64,000 nucleotides of DNA from assembly GCF_964355755.1 (NCBI RefSeq), contig NC_092672.1:13888001-13952000 (forward strand), written 5' to 3'. The notes under the pieces were generated by a model. The model saw nothing but the letters and a program-made list of their open reading frames with translations, ran no database searches and had not been told where the DNA came from. The DNA is from Antedon mediterranea. Taxonomy: Eukaryota; Animalia; Echinodermata. The translations under genes were made by a program, and so were the position numbers. The number at the start of each line of letters is the position of its first letter. The first letter of the stretch is position 1. Below, one piece after another: positions 1 to 11,235 of this stretch.

Positions 1-506
1 GTATTGACAAGAAAATAAACGAAATGTCTATACCGAGGCAATGAATATTCTCCGTGCATATTTAGTTCGTTGTAAACGGTATCGACTGAAACATACTTCT
101 TATCCAGAACCTCCCGATAAAAATAGTCAATCTGTTCCTCTAGAGACTTCATACAACAAAAATCATGATCTTTTTGACTGCTCCTGTCAAATTCACAACC
201 ATAACAAGCCGCTTTACTTAAAACCCAACACTTGGCTAACACTTGAGCAGCAAACAATTGTTTAACCAAACGCTCCATTTTCAACATAAATTCTCTCTCC
301 ACCTCGTCCACGTACGTGAATATACAACTTGTAGGCCTGTTACTCCTCTCGACTCCTTCATCTATACCGGCGGGGATAACCTCTTCGGCCTCCGTGTAAC
401 GATCATCTATATCACTGCCTGGAACAACAACAGTCTCCTCATCATCGCTAATTATTATAACATTATCTGCACAACTCCCTTGCGAAAAATATATACTTCC
501 AGACAT
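1..506 (-). CDS. Intronless ORF (>=168 aa, runs off the left edge) with an acidic N-terminus and a CYGC...SQKDH..C motif; putative Polinton/Maverick accessory protein
   Basis: Manual translation from ATG at 506 has no stop before base 1: MSGSIYFSQGSCADNVIIISDDEETVVVPGSDIDDRY...KAACYGCEFDRSSQKDHDFCCMKSLEEQIDYFY... It is absent from the ORF track because it has no stop inside the window. The family link rests on my recollection of CxGC-x-SQxxHxC proteins in Polinton-like loci. Confidence 0.6.
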   Translation of the reverse strand, partial: MSGSIYFSQGSCADNVIIISDDEETVVVPGSDIDDRYTEAEEVIPAGIDEGVERSNRPTSCIFTYVDEVEREFMLKMERLVKQLFAAQVLAKCWVLSKAACYGCEFDRSSQKDHDFCCMKSLEEQIDYFYREVLDKKYVSVDTVYNELNMHGEYSLPRYRHFVYFLVN

Positions 507-677
507 AATGAAATACTGAAAAGAGATACTCTACGCAAAAATATGCAAAAACAACTGGAAAATAGTACAACAATAACCGCTTCACTTTGTTACACCGTCT
601 TAAATCATAAATAACGTAATGACGTCACTCACCACGTACCAGAACATCGCGCCAAAAATTAATAAATAAGAGACAAA

Positions 678-978
678 GAAACACCTGGCGGAAATTACAT
701 AATTATTACGAAACCAGGAAAAGAACGACCTTCATTAGAAACACCTGGCGGAAATTACATAACTAGTACGAAACCAGGAAAAGAACGACCTTCATTAGAA
801 ACACCTGGCGGAAATTACATAACTATTACAATAACAGGAAAAAAACGACCTTCATTAGAAACACCTGGCGGAAATTACATAACTATACGTAATCAGGAAA
901 AGAACGACCTTCATTAGAAACACCTGGTGGAAACGACCTTCATTAGAAACACCTGGCGGATATTACGTAATCAGGAAA
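678..978. repeat. 60-bp tandem repeat, about 5-6 partly truncated units
   Basis: The unit gaaacacctggcggaaattacataac/ttattacgaaaccaggaaaagaacgaccttcatta recurs at 60-nt spacing. Confidence 0.95.
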
Positions 979-1016
979 TACATCAAGGTCGGGTCTGAAG
1001 TACCTTATTTACTACT

Positions 1017-1300
1017 CATGTTGCCCCAGGCAGACTAATGTAGATTGTTTCTATACGTTTTTCGGTGCCAACATTTGGTTGCACTGCCTACCTAATTAAA
1101 ATGTTTAAACATGTACTGGAGTCAACACATGTTGCTCCAGGTAGACTAATGTAGGTGTTTCTATACGTTTTTCGATGTCAATATTTGGGTGCTCCACCTA
1201 TCAGGCGCTAATGGTCAACCGGGTACTGGAGTCAACACATGTTGCTCCAGGTAGACTATGTAGATAGTTTCTATACGTTCTGGGTGTCAACATATGTTGC
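1017..1300. repeat. About 110-115-bp tandem repeat, 3 diverged units, the first 5'-truncated
   Basis: catgttgc(t/c)ccagg(t/c)agactaatgtag...tttctatacgtt occurs at about 1017, 1128 and 1238. Units 2 and 3 are preceded by gtactggagtcaaca, unit 1 is not. Confidence 0.85.
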
Positions 1301-1381
1301 ACCATCATCTGAATGGCTTGTCATCGGTTCTACCTGCACTTAATTTGGGCTGCTTCGTTGACCCCTTCGTTGCCAACTGTG

Positions 1382-1854
1382 TTGGCCCTTTCAGAGCATC
1401 CCAATGTTCCTTTTTTATGTTTTCCTTTTACGTGCATGCTGCAACGATGACTTGCCATTCATATTAAATAACTTTACAACCAATACTTGTTTCCTTGTTT
1501 TTGTTTATCGGGCTCACATGTGTCAAAATCACGTGATTGCGGGGCGCCCTCGCAATCATCTTTTGACAACGTGAGCATCTCATCCTCTTCACCTCACGCT
1601 GTCAACAGATTACCACGCCAGTTTTTGGCTAAGTAAAATAATTTTCACTTCCCTCCCTCCACTCCCTCTTTATTTTGTTTTCAATTACGGTTTTGAGACA
1701 TGTGTTTTGGCCCTTTCAGAGCATCGCAATGTTCCTTTTTTATGTTTTCCTTTTACGTGCATGCTGCAACGATGACTTGCCATTCATATTAAATAACTTT
1801 ACAACCAATACTTGTTTCCTTGTTTTTGTTTATCGGGCTCACATGTGTCAAAAT
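1382..1854. repeat. 148-bp direct duplication (1382-1529 and 1707-1854) around a hairpin-rich spacer
   Basis: Near-identical ttggccctttcagagcatc...cacatgtgtcaaaat copies. Confidence 0.9.
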
Positions 1855-4800
1855 GCTATATCAGTGGAAGTGCTTTTACAAAATTGAGAATATGAATATT
1901 TTACATCCATTTCAAAAGCTTCATTATTATTGCGATCTTTTAGACATTATGTGAGTTAAAACAACAGAAATTTAAAAAAACATTAAATATAAATCCACTA
2001 GCCCTTTATAAGTGAAAGGACAAAATTGAGAATATGAAGCAAACAAGCACTGCCTGAGTGGACTGGAATAAAGAAATAAAAACAAAGGATCAAGGCACAA
2101 GCTGAAAACAATGAAGATAGCTTGGTAGATATAAACAATTAGGATTGTATCTAAAAAAAAGCAACTCAAATGGTGGTTAATATTGAACCTTAAACTTAGG
2201 TAGTCGATGGAATAATTTTACTGATCTGGGAGTATGTTAATGTTAAGATCAAACAGTTTTGTGGCTTTAAGTAGTAATTCCAAGTGTTTTTTTGTCTTTG
2301 CGAGTTTTGTCGCTCCATTTGACAACCTAATATGTTCGTGTCATTGATATAAGATATTAAACGATTGCGACATGACTTTTGAAAGCAACAGGACTACATT
2401 AAAAGTCCTGTGCGATTTCTGCAAGTAGGTTGAATTAACATTTCGGTTACAGAAAAACTTTAATGTTTTTTATAGCTGATCTCTGTGTCATTCTCATACG
2501 GAGAGTGTTTTGGTTTCTACCACTCACTACAAATATTACAGTGTATGAGATAAATGACATTTTTGGTTAGACAATTAATTGGTTATGATTTTCTATGAAG
2601 CAACAAGCAAAGCCAATTTAAGCACGTATTGGAAAAGTGTTGGCATTAAAATATAGGCTAATATAATAATTTGTTTTACACGTGCATGATTAATTATACT
2701 GTACTTTTTAATTCGAGTCTTTGTTATTAATTTCAATAAACCAATCACTTTATAATATAGGCCCACTAAATTTTGTAATAATAATTCGTTTAGGCCTTAA
2801 AACATTCTCAACTAAATTTGGGACAAATAAGTCACCTCTGTGATTGAAGTTCGCTTTTTGATAGCTCGGTTATGTCAGGTAGGCCTACTAATAGCTTAAT
2901 GCGATATCTAGAAGCAAAACGAAGACAGCCGACCTGATACCGCTGAGATACGATTAGCCAGTTTTATAAAGATGTTGTCCGAGAGAGAGAATCAACATAC
3001 GAGTTCATCATAATAAATTTGTTCGACCGACATAAAAGTCATTCGAGATTTTTGACTCCGAAAGCTAAGACAAATGTGACGATTTTTTTTTAAACAGATG
3101 CAAAGCACACAACGAGACACATTTAAAAGCTGAACCTATAAAAACACGGTGCTCTATATTCTTAGCTTAATTGACTATTTAAAATACATGGAAAGTACTT
3201 AGTAAAGTATACAAAAAAAAAAAAAATTTCTAACAAAATGTTGCATTACAATAAATATAAATATGTATGGTCTCAGCAATTTGAGACCATTTTTAAATTT
3301 CAATGACCAGCCGTTTTTTAGATACAATGCAAGTCAAGGTCAAAGGTCAATAGTGCAGAAAAATAGCATTTCCTATTACATTTCGTCAAAATGTTCTATT
3401 ACAATGAATATAAATATATACGCTCCGAGTATTTTGATACCAATATCTTGTTGATAGACCAAAGGGATACGGAGATAGGGCCAATTGGGCGCCATTTTGA
3501 TCTTGGGGCTGTTACCATGGTTACGGGATCGTGAAAATTGGTTACCTAGCATTTTTGGTATCCTACCACCATATTAAAGAAGTGAAATCTCACTTTGGGC
3601 ATTAAAATCCTACGGAAATACACGAGGACCCTGACTATAAAATGCATACATTATATACGTTTTTAATGGCGGCCATCTTGGAATTCAATATGGCTGCTAT
3701 ATGCTATTATTATAAATTGTACCATTGGACTGATTTATCATAATATTGTAAGATTTATCACACAAATTACGTTCGTACGTTGTTTAAAATAGGAGCTACT
3801 ATCAGTTTTGAGTAAAAAATGGGGGCCATTTTGAAATCCAAGATGGCGGCCAAAATAGGGTCTGAAAAAATTGGCCCCCAGTTGCAATGAATTCTGCTGG
3901 TCCCAAGGATTCCAAAACTGCCAAGAACTCAACTTGAGCATTAAAATCTCACGGAACCGATTTTTGGAACGTTGGGTTCCCCACTAATAGCACTGCTATA
4001 TATATTATTTATAATTTAATAGTAATATTATTAGTATAATAATAATTTTACAACAAAACTACTTTAAAAAACGAGTGATCTGACTGAACATACAAACAGT
4101 TTGTGGCAGTAAATACTAATTAATCAACATCAAATACTGTGCATAAGCTTCTCCTTAAAAAAAAACAATTTAGTTGGTATTAAATCATCGGATGACGGTT
4201 TATTAAGTTCCTTGATCCAAAGAATTTATTTTCCTTAATTAAAGTTGTATTGTCCCCCAAAACATGAAAAATAAAGATGAAAAAAATCAAATTTTGAATA
4301 GACCATTTTGTAGTTATAATAAAGTTATTCACTTTCGCCGAAAAAAAATCCGGAAAAAATATTGATTTCGCTTATAAAAAATCAAAATAAGTTTACCATT
4401 TTTTCGAACTCATAAGTTCAGAAATTCCAAAATAACGATGGTTAGCTAACAGCTCATAAATATGCATGATATGTTAATGAGTATCCAAACCGGGGAGATC
4501 CGATCTGTTCACCACGTAAACAAACATGTGCGAAGAACAGAAGAAAGTGCTGGGGTTTCCCTGATCGTATGATGTAAAAAGCTCTGCCGTTAATTTGCTG
4601 GTAAGTAGAATTCTATTTTAGATGAATGACACATCCTCCTATAATAGTTTTTGGCGTATAGTTATAGGCTTAGCTATCTAGGCTAGGGCTATAATATAAG
4701 CCTACTTCTACTAATCTATCTAGTAGGGCCTAGGCCTAGTTAGTACTGTAGTTTACTACTGTGTAGTGTAGTGTAGCAGCAGCTGTAGGCAGGCAGATAA

Positions 4801-4898
4801 TCGGGTCAGAAAAGTAGACGGGAACCCACTTTGAGGCCTAGCTAGGTCCTATATATCGTACTCACCTAACTGATGACAAACAAGGCCAACAGCCATTA

Positions 4899-5646
4899 AG
4901 TCGCGTGCTACAATGCATAGTGATACCGGACCGACAGACAAACAGACCGACAGACAGACAGACCGACAGACAGACGGACCGACCGACATAGTGAACTATA
5001 CTGACCGAAATTACTGAACATGTTTAAAAATGTTGAAATGTTTAAAAACATTTATATTTTTTTAATTTACACGTGCGTAGCCTGTCACTTTTGACGTGCT
5101 CGTATAACGTAATTTCGAGTTGAAAAGTAAGTCAAGAAAACAGAAATCGGGTAAAAAGAGTGCGCAATAACATTTAACGCGCAGTGCGCGCGCAAAAATC
5201 TGCGCACTCATGGCAATTTTGTAAACGCTTAAAATTGCCTGAAACGTACTCTTATTTCATCGAAAATAAATTTTGAAAATTTTAAGCGCGCGTACGCATG
5301 CGTTACATGCGCTACGCACGTAATTGTATTGCCATATGATGATTTATGCCCTGAAATTTATGAGTACCAAATTTTATTTAATTGTGATTCATGGTTGTTA
5401 AGATATGATTACAAACGTGATTTCGTTAAATCGTGCGTAGACCGCGTAATTTTTTATTGCGCACCGTGAAAACATAACCACATCGATTCCTGGCCATAAG
5501 GAATATTCTGTGAAAAATTGACTTAGCTAGATTAAACTGATATCAAGATAAGGTCATAAAGCGATAAAACGCATAGTGATACCGGACCGACAGACAGACA
5601 GACAGACCGACAGACAGACAGACCGACCGACCGACATAGTGAACTA
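4899..5646 (+). mobile_element. Helentron/DINE-1-like non-autonomous repeat fragment with (GACA/GACC)n microsatellite, nested in the Kolobok-like element
   Basis: 5066-5560 closely matches 18424-18940; the gaccgacagaca tracts and gacatagtga motif are shared. Confidence 0.6.
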
Positions 5647-7010
5647 AAAACGAACATTTGGAAAATGATCAGCATACAGGCCAAAGAAGTTGACGGTAGA
5701 ATAGATTGTTGTTGATAGCAACCAAAACGAAAACACTAGTAATTAGACTAGGCCTTTTTTAGGGAGGAGATGCACTTTTCAGGGATTCCTTACTGTACAT
5801 TAGTACCCCAAATTGAAAACTTCAGATTCATGTACAGAAATAATAATTATATGTATGCAATAAATTGTGAAATATTTAACTTTTCTATTTGACTTTTGTA
5901 TTTATACATCATTGTTTTTCAATTTATAGACTTAAGCTAATGAAGACTGGAACAGAAGTTACACCCATACAGCATTTTAAAGGCAACTGGCAGTAGACTT
6001 GGTAGTGGAACACAAGATAAATATTGGATGACTATCATAAAGCATTAGGCAAATGTGTTGGTTGTTTTCCAGCTTTTAAAATGTTGTATAGTTTTCATAA
6101 TTCGAGCAATAACATTTGTATACAGCATTAAATAAATAAAAAATACTACTAGAGTACATGAGATAAAATCACCATAATTTTAATGTGTGAAGATTTACAG
6201 TACAGTACAGTAAAAAATGAGTTAACTACTAGTATATTTCATTGAATTTCTGCATTATTGTTGACAATTTATTTTCAACTATTAATTGATGTGTTGATTG
6301 TGGCATTACAGCAATAGCTTGTCTTCTGTGATTGTTCATCCATTTTAAAGTGTCATAGTAAGAAACGTTCAAATAAATATTGTGAATGTTGCTACCACAT
6401 TTTGTGTTGATTTCTTCACCATTTTCCACTACTTGCTCATATTGTTCATTCAAGTGTGTTAATACCTATTAAAAGAAAGACATTATTTATTAAAATATGT
6501 ACATAAAAAGTTTAATTGTGTGAATGTTGGTTTGAACGTTATTGCTTTGGAAGAATTTTCAACATAACGGTACTAAGTACTGTAAAGTACACATTCCAAA
6601 AAATATTTAACTTAGATTATTTGGTCATTTTCTCTAAAATAATTACATTATTGGATGTACAGTATAGGCCTAGTTACAATTTTCACAAATCTATATTAGC
6701 ATTAACATCTAATTAATCATGAAGGAAAAACCAAGCACCATAATCTCTCCTGGCCCTGGTGGTGACCTTATTTTCTATTTTTGGCAGCCATTCACAAGTT
6801 TTCGCTTTTTGAGTTTCGCTGCTCTTATGTATAATTTTTTTTAATCACAAACTCTACATAGAAAAGAAAATTAAATGTTTTAAAATGAATGAAAAGTGAT
6901 ATGAATAATGATAAATTAAAGACTATTAATTACTATTATTAATATTATAGTATTATACTAAAAATAAGACGAGTTGGTGGTGTCGAAATTCACACAAGTC
7001 ACAATAAAAC

Positions 7011-7048
7011 CATGGAGGTATAACATATTTTATTTTTATACCTCCATG
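7011..7048. mobile_element. P-element-like micro-palindrome (footprint)
   Basis: ataaaac|CATGGAGGTATAA...TTATACCTCCATG|ctaaaac, 6 of 7 bases matching in the target duplication. Confidence 0.55.
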
Positions 7049-7925
7049 CTAAAACCTTATTCCTTACTCCATGCTCACAGATGAATGTTATAGGCCTAAT
7101 CCTATTTAAAGCTAGGTTGGCAATAACTATTAATAAGGCTTACAAGTTGTATCTATTAGTATTAGCTAGGCCTGCTACTCACTCAGGGTGAACCCTCACT
7201 CAGGCCTACAACTAGGCCTAGTACTACTACTACTACTAGACTAGCTACTACTCTAGGCCTAGCTAGCCAATAGATAGGGGATAGTACACTAGATAGCCAG
7301 TACAGCTGTAATGGGCTAGCTAGGCTTCCTATACTAACTAACAAAGCTGCACCATAGAAACTACATTTCTTACTTACCAATCTGCTAGGGCCTAGCCATA
7401 GTCTTTTCTTCAAGTAGGAGTTGTTTTTTTTGTTGTTAAACTACAGAACTTTCCCACCGTCGTCTCGCCATATTCACGTCGTATTTTTTTTCTGATGACC
7501 TAGAGGTCACATACACGCACAAGAATCATACAATATGCATAATTCATAAGCTAATTCAGGTCAAGGGTTAAATTAAACCGGAAGCCAGCTGGCTGCCAGC
7601 CAACCGACTTCCGGTTGACTATTTTTTACTTTAAATTACGATTTTCTAAGGTAAATAATTTTTTTTTTGATCCAATTTTTTTTCAAAGTCAACAACTTTT
7701 ATGTATCATTAAAATGGCCTTTAAAAAAAAAAAATTTTTGTTCAGGGGGACAATACATCTTTAAGCATATGCTTAATTTTTTCATAAAAGAAATGAAACC
7801 GTCACTGAATAAACACAACGGTTACCAAAGATATATAAAAGACTAAGAAGCAAAAAAAGGACTAATAGCAAAAACACACATATATAATTACCAAAAAACA
7901 GGAACATTCAATCAGTGAATAACAG

Positions 7926-8122
7926 AAAAAAACTCTTTTCCCAGCGTAGGTGGCGTGCTCCAATCACCAGTGATCAGGGGGGTTCAGGCGTAGCGAAGGT
8001 TCCTGGCGGGGTGATGAGCCATTCCCAGGCGGTCTCCCATCCAGGTACTAACCGGGCGCGTAATTTTTTAACTGCGGTGTTCGGACGAGAACCGGTGTTT
8101 TCAAAGGGAGTATGGTCGAAGC
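7926..8122 (-). ncRNA. 5S rRNA-derived unit (5S nt 1-102, about 90 nt foreign GC-rich tail, T7); SINE3-like element or 5S pseudogene
   Basis: The minus strand reads GCTTCGACCATAC...TTGAAAACACCGGTTCTCGTCCGAACACCGCAGTTAA...CCGGTTAGTACCTGGATGGGAGACCGCCTGGGAAT (8122-8021). Box C is intact and box A is recognisable. Non-5S sequence follows and ends in TTTTTTT at 7932-7926. Confidence 0.85.
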
Positions 8123-8257
8123 GGCCGCCAACCAAAGTGGCCGGCGATTTTTTTTCCGTACGAGAGTTCCTCCATCGGTTCGTTTCGGACTCAATCGACT
8201 CTCTTCGGTATTCGGTAAGTCAGCTCACTGATGCGTGACAACATAATACAGTACAAT

Positions 8258-8281
8258 CAAAGAATATATATATATTCTTTG
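8258..8281. mobile_element. P-element-like micro-palindrome (footprint)
   Basis: gtacaat|CAAAGAATATATATATATTCTTTG|gtacaat, perfect 7-bp target duplication. Confidence 0.65.
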
Positions 8282-8683
8282 GTACAATTTACAAACCGCG
8301 AGCTTACTTTCACAGAGGCTCTCACAACAGCAAAATGAATCTACACTAAATACGAACTTTGATTGACATTAATTAATAAATACTAGGCCTAGGCCTACTA
8401 AGTAATTACATTAAGAACCCAATAGCATTTTAAAGATCCAATAGTAGGCCGTATCAGATATTATTTTTTTAAGTTGAACGAACGAGAGGCTCTTTTCTTA
8501 TGGTATTGTAGCTAGCCCATCATGGCTAGCCTAGCCAAGCTTGTGTAGGCCTATGCCATGTATTACTTTTGAATTTAAAATGATTGTGTACAGTAGGAAT
8601 TTCTATGCACAGTGTATGTTTTTTTTTAAATAATATTATTAAATGAATATTTATATTGTAGGCTGATGGAAATTTTACGTTAA

Positions 8684-8955
8684 AGATGTATTATCCCCAA
8701 TCATGAAAAATAAAGATTTCAGACTTTTAATAATAGGCCATTTTGAGTTTTAATTAAGTTACTCAATTAAAAAAAAAAGAAAATGATTTCAATTATAAAA
8801 AAAATGTGACTATTTGTTACATTAAATTATAGTTTTTTCCGGTACATAGTTTTTTTGCCAATCTAACTTTTGGTCAAAGTGAATAACTACTATGTGACAT
8901 TAAAATAACATATTCAACAATAAAATGTTTTTTTTATCAGGGGGATAATATATCG
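8684..8955. mobile_element. Kolobok-like MITE, same TIR family as 4243-7760
   Basis: TTAA|AGATGTATTATCCCC...GGGGATAATATATCG|TTAA. Confidence 0.7.
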
Positions 8956-10931
8956 TTAAAATTAAAAACTTATATTTTCCAAGAGTCTAGATTCAAGAAA
9001 TTGTATTGGCCCACTCTTAAAATAGAAATTCATTATATTTATAAGAATAAAACAAATACATACAAAATAATATAGCCTAAATCCTATTACAGTATATCAT
9101 ATTAATAAATCAAATTATGAATATCATTAAAATAAATTAGGTCAATTAAAATCCTAAAATACATTACAAAAATAACTGATACGTAGTAACATCTTGTAAT
9201 AATTTTATTTGAATCAAATTTCTTGTATGAGTAAACATTTCTTTCAATTAAGTACTTTTCTACGTTGAAAAAAAAAATAACAGAGAGTTTGCGAAATGCA
9301 CTAATATTTTATTTAGACTTATTTATTTTTCTTATAGATCATGAAGGGCATGTATAGATTAACAAATTATAAATTTATACTGTACGAAAAAGTGATTAAC
9401 AATATACAATAATGAAAACAGCAATGAACAAGAATTCTAAATATTATATCAAATTACGTATGTGTTTAGTGAGTACCTAATTATTATCTATGTATTAACA
9501 ATGCAGTATTTTAAATAAATTATAGGCCTACAACTAATATTATTGTTTATTATGTGTATATGTAATTTGGGAAATCATAAAAAATACATGCAAAGTAAAA
9601 ACATTCAATTACGGTACTGACACGACTACAAATACATTTAATAATAACAAATTTTCCAGGAAGCTTATATGTGATACTATCATCTTATCATGAAGATCGG
9701 TTTTCTGCATTACATATTCTTGATTTATTTGATTTTACAAAATGTCAACAATACCAATGGTTTCTGCAATTAATTTAAACAAAATTTGTTCATTTTAATT
9801 CAAAATTTCCACCAGCCATCAATAATTATTAAATTAACACAATAATAATAATAATAATTTATTTGGAGATTACACTTTTACAACAGTGGCACTCGACCAA
9901 ATGGAAGGTGCATCCAAAAGAAATATACCAAAAAAAAAAAAAAAAAAAAAAAAAACATGACATAGAAAATAACAATTACAATAAAAAGTCGACGTAGGTC
10001 AACATGTCAAAACAATTAAACTACAGTAACTACAATACCATTGATAATTAACACTACAGCAGCAGGAAACCCACTGACAACTAAAAATACAAAATTACAA
10101 GAAATAAACATATAGAATAGGTAGGAACATTAAACGCTTTATAAGCAAGCATGTGTTTCTATACATTACAACTTACAAGAATACATGTTACTAGGCCTAT
10201 GTAATGTATACATTTTTTTCAAATGTTTACACTTAAAAACCTGTACATATAATTTCTAACCTATTATTAAAATAAAAAGTAGTACTGTAGATGGAAATGT
10301 AATAAATTTTGAAGCACACGAACACGTCACGAAGGGCTATGGTGCCTTGCTTGTGACGACTAACAAAATAAATGCTGCTGCTGTGTGTGTGTGTTTACTG
10401 TTTGTGAATCTGATGGTACATTGGTTTGTGGCTGCCTATACAGTATTATATTATTACAATTCTAGGCCTATTATTACAACTATAAGGTTTAGTACTACTA
10501 ATAATATTTATTATTATATTTACACAATGAGTATATACTGTAGTATTGTATGTCTAAATCTGTCACACTCGTGCAAAAAAGCTGCTCACGTTTTGTCTTG
10601 TGGTTGTTGTCACGCATCAGTGAGCATCGGTGGCTTACCGAAGAGTCGAATGAGTCCGAAACGAACCGATGGAGGAACTCTCATACGGAAAAAAAAATCG
10701 CGATCGAATTATTAAAATGCACAGAGAAACGAATGGGCTTAATATCGAGTTTATTTTATTGACGTAATTTATAGCCATGAGACGTACATTTTACTGTTTC
10801 GTCTTTGTTTTACGGTCTGGCTGGACAAACCTTACGCTACTTACTTCATTGTATGTATACTCTGTATTGTTATGTAAATTAACAACGTAACGTAATGTGT
10901 TCTATAACGTTAACGGTGTGTTACGACCATC

Positions 10932-10967
10932 CATAGAGATATTATAGTGAACTATAATATCTCTATG
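10932..10967. mobile_element. P-element-like footprint with 17-bp arms
   Basis: gaccatc|CATAGAGATATTATAGT-ga-ACTATAATATCTCTATG|gaccatc. Confidence 0.7.
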
Positions 10968-11194
10968 GACCATCGAACGTAAGACGTCATCAGTTTTGTT
11001 TAAAAAATACATGTTGGCAGTTATTACAAATTAACTATATTATTCTATAATCTCTGTAAAAACTTTTACATTTTCAACGGTATGGCCTAACACATCGGTC
11101 GAATGTATGTATACATTAGCTACATTGTATGTATCACACTGATTCGACAACAAGTCGTCATTTGTTGGTACTAGTTGAGATTCGTTTAATTGTT

Positions 11195-11235
11195 ATCGCT
11201 TCTCGGCCTTTTGGCTAAGATCATGTGTAGTATCT
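11195..11235 (+). ncRNA. U2: U2 snRNA 5' fragment (nt 1-41), interrupted by a retrotransposon
   Basis: ATCGCTTCTCGGCCTTTTGGCTAAGATCATGTGTAGTATCT matches the metazoan U2 5' end (stem I and the branch-point-pairing GTAGTA) with one mismatch. The rest of U2 is not found. Confidence 0.92.

Larger units (their letters stand above)
1..1016. mobile_element. Probable terminus of a Polinton/Maverick (adintovirus-like) element
   Basis: The segment ends in ACTACT (1011-1016; AGTAGT on the minus strand), preceded by subterminal 60-bp tandem repeats and an intronless ORF. The flanking 115-bp repeat unit is cut exactly at this junction. Confidence 0.5.
4243..7760. mobile_element. Kolobok-like non-autonomous DNA transposon, about 3.5 kb
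   Basis: TTAA|AGTTGTATTGTCCCC...GGGGACAATACATCT|TTAA, i.e. a TTAA target duplication with AG...CT termini and imperfect inverted ends of about 200 bp. Confidence 0.7.
8144..10701. mobile_element. Probable TIR element with about 100-bp imperfect inverted ends (8144-8243 and 10605-10701)
   Basis: gcgattttttttccgtacgagagttcctccatcggttcgtttcggactca...cactgatgcgtgacaaca is reverse-complemented at 10605-10701. The end motif resembles the TIR start at 21226. Confidence 0.55.

Noticed and set aside
41-614. Plus-strand ORFs 41-265 and 243-614
   Set aside because: They are shadows of the longer, more protein-like minus-strand ORF starting at 506.
678-978. CRISPR-like regularly spaced repeats
   Set aside because: The units are contiguous tandem copies without unique spacers, there are no cas genes, and the context is eukaryotic.
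8021-8122. Functional 5S rRNA gene
   Set aside because: The 3' strand of helix I is missing and internal helices are mutated.
7915-8238. 107-aa plus-strand ORF
   Set aside because: It is the antisense reading of the 5S-derived sequence.
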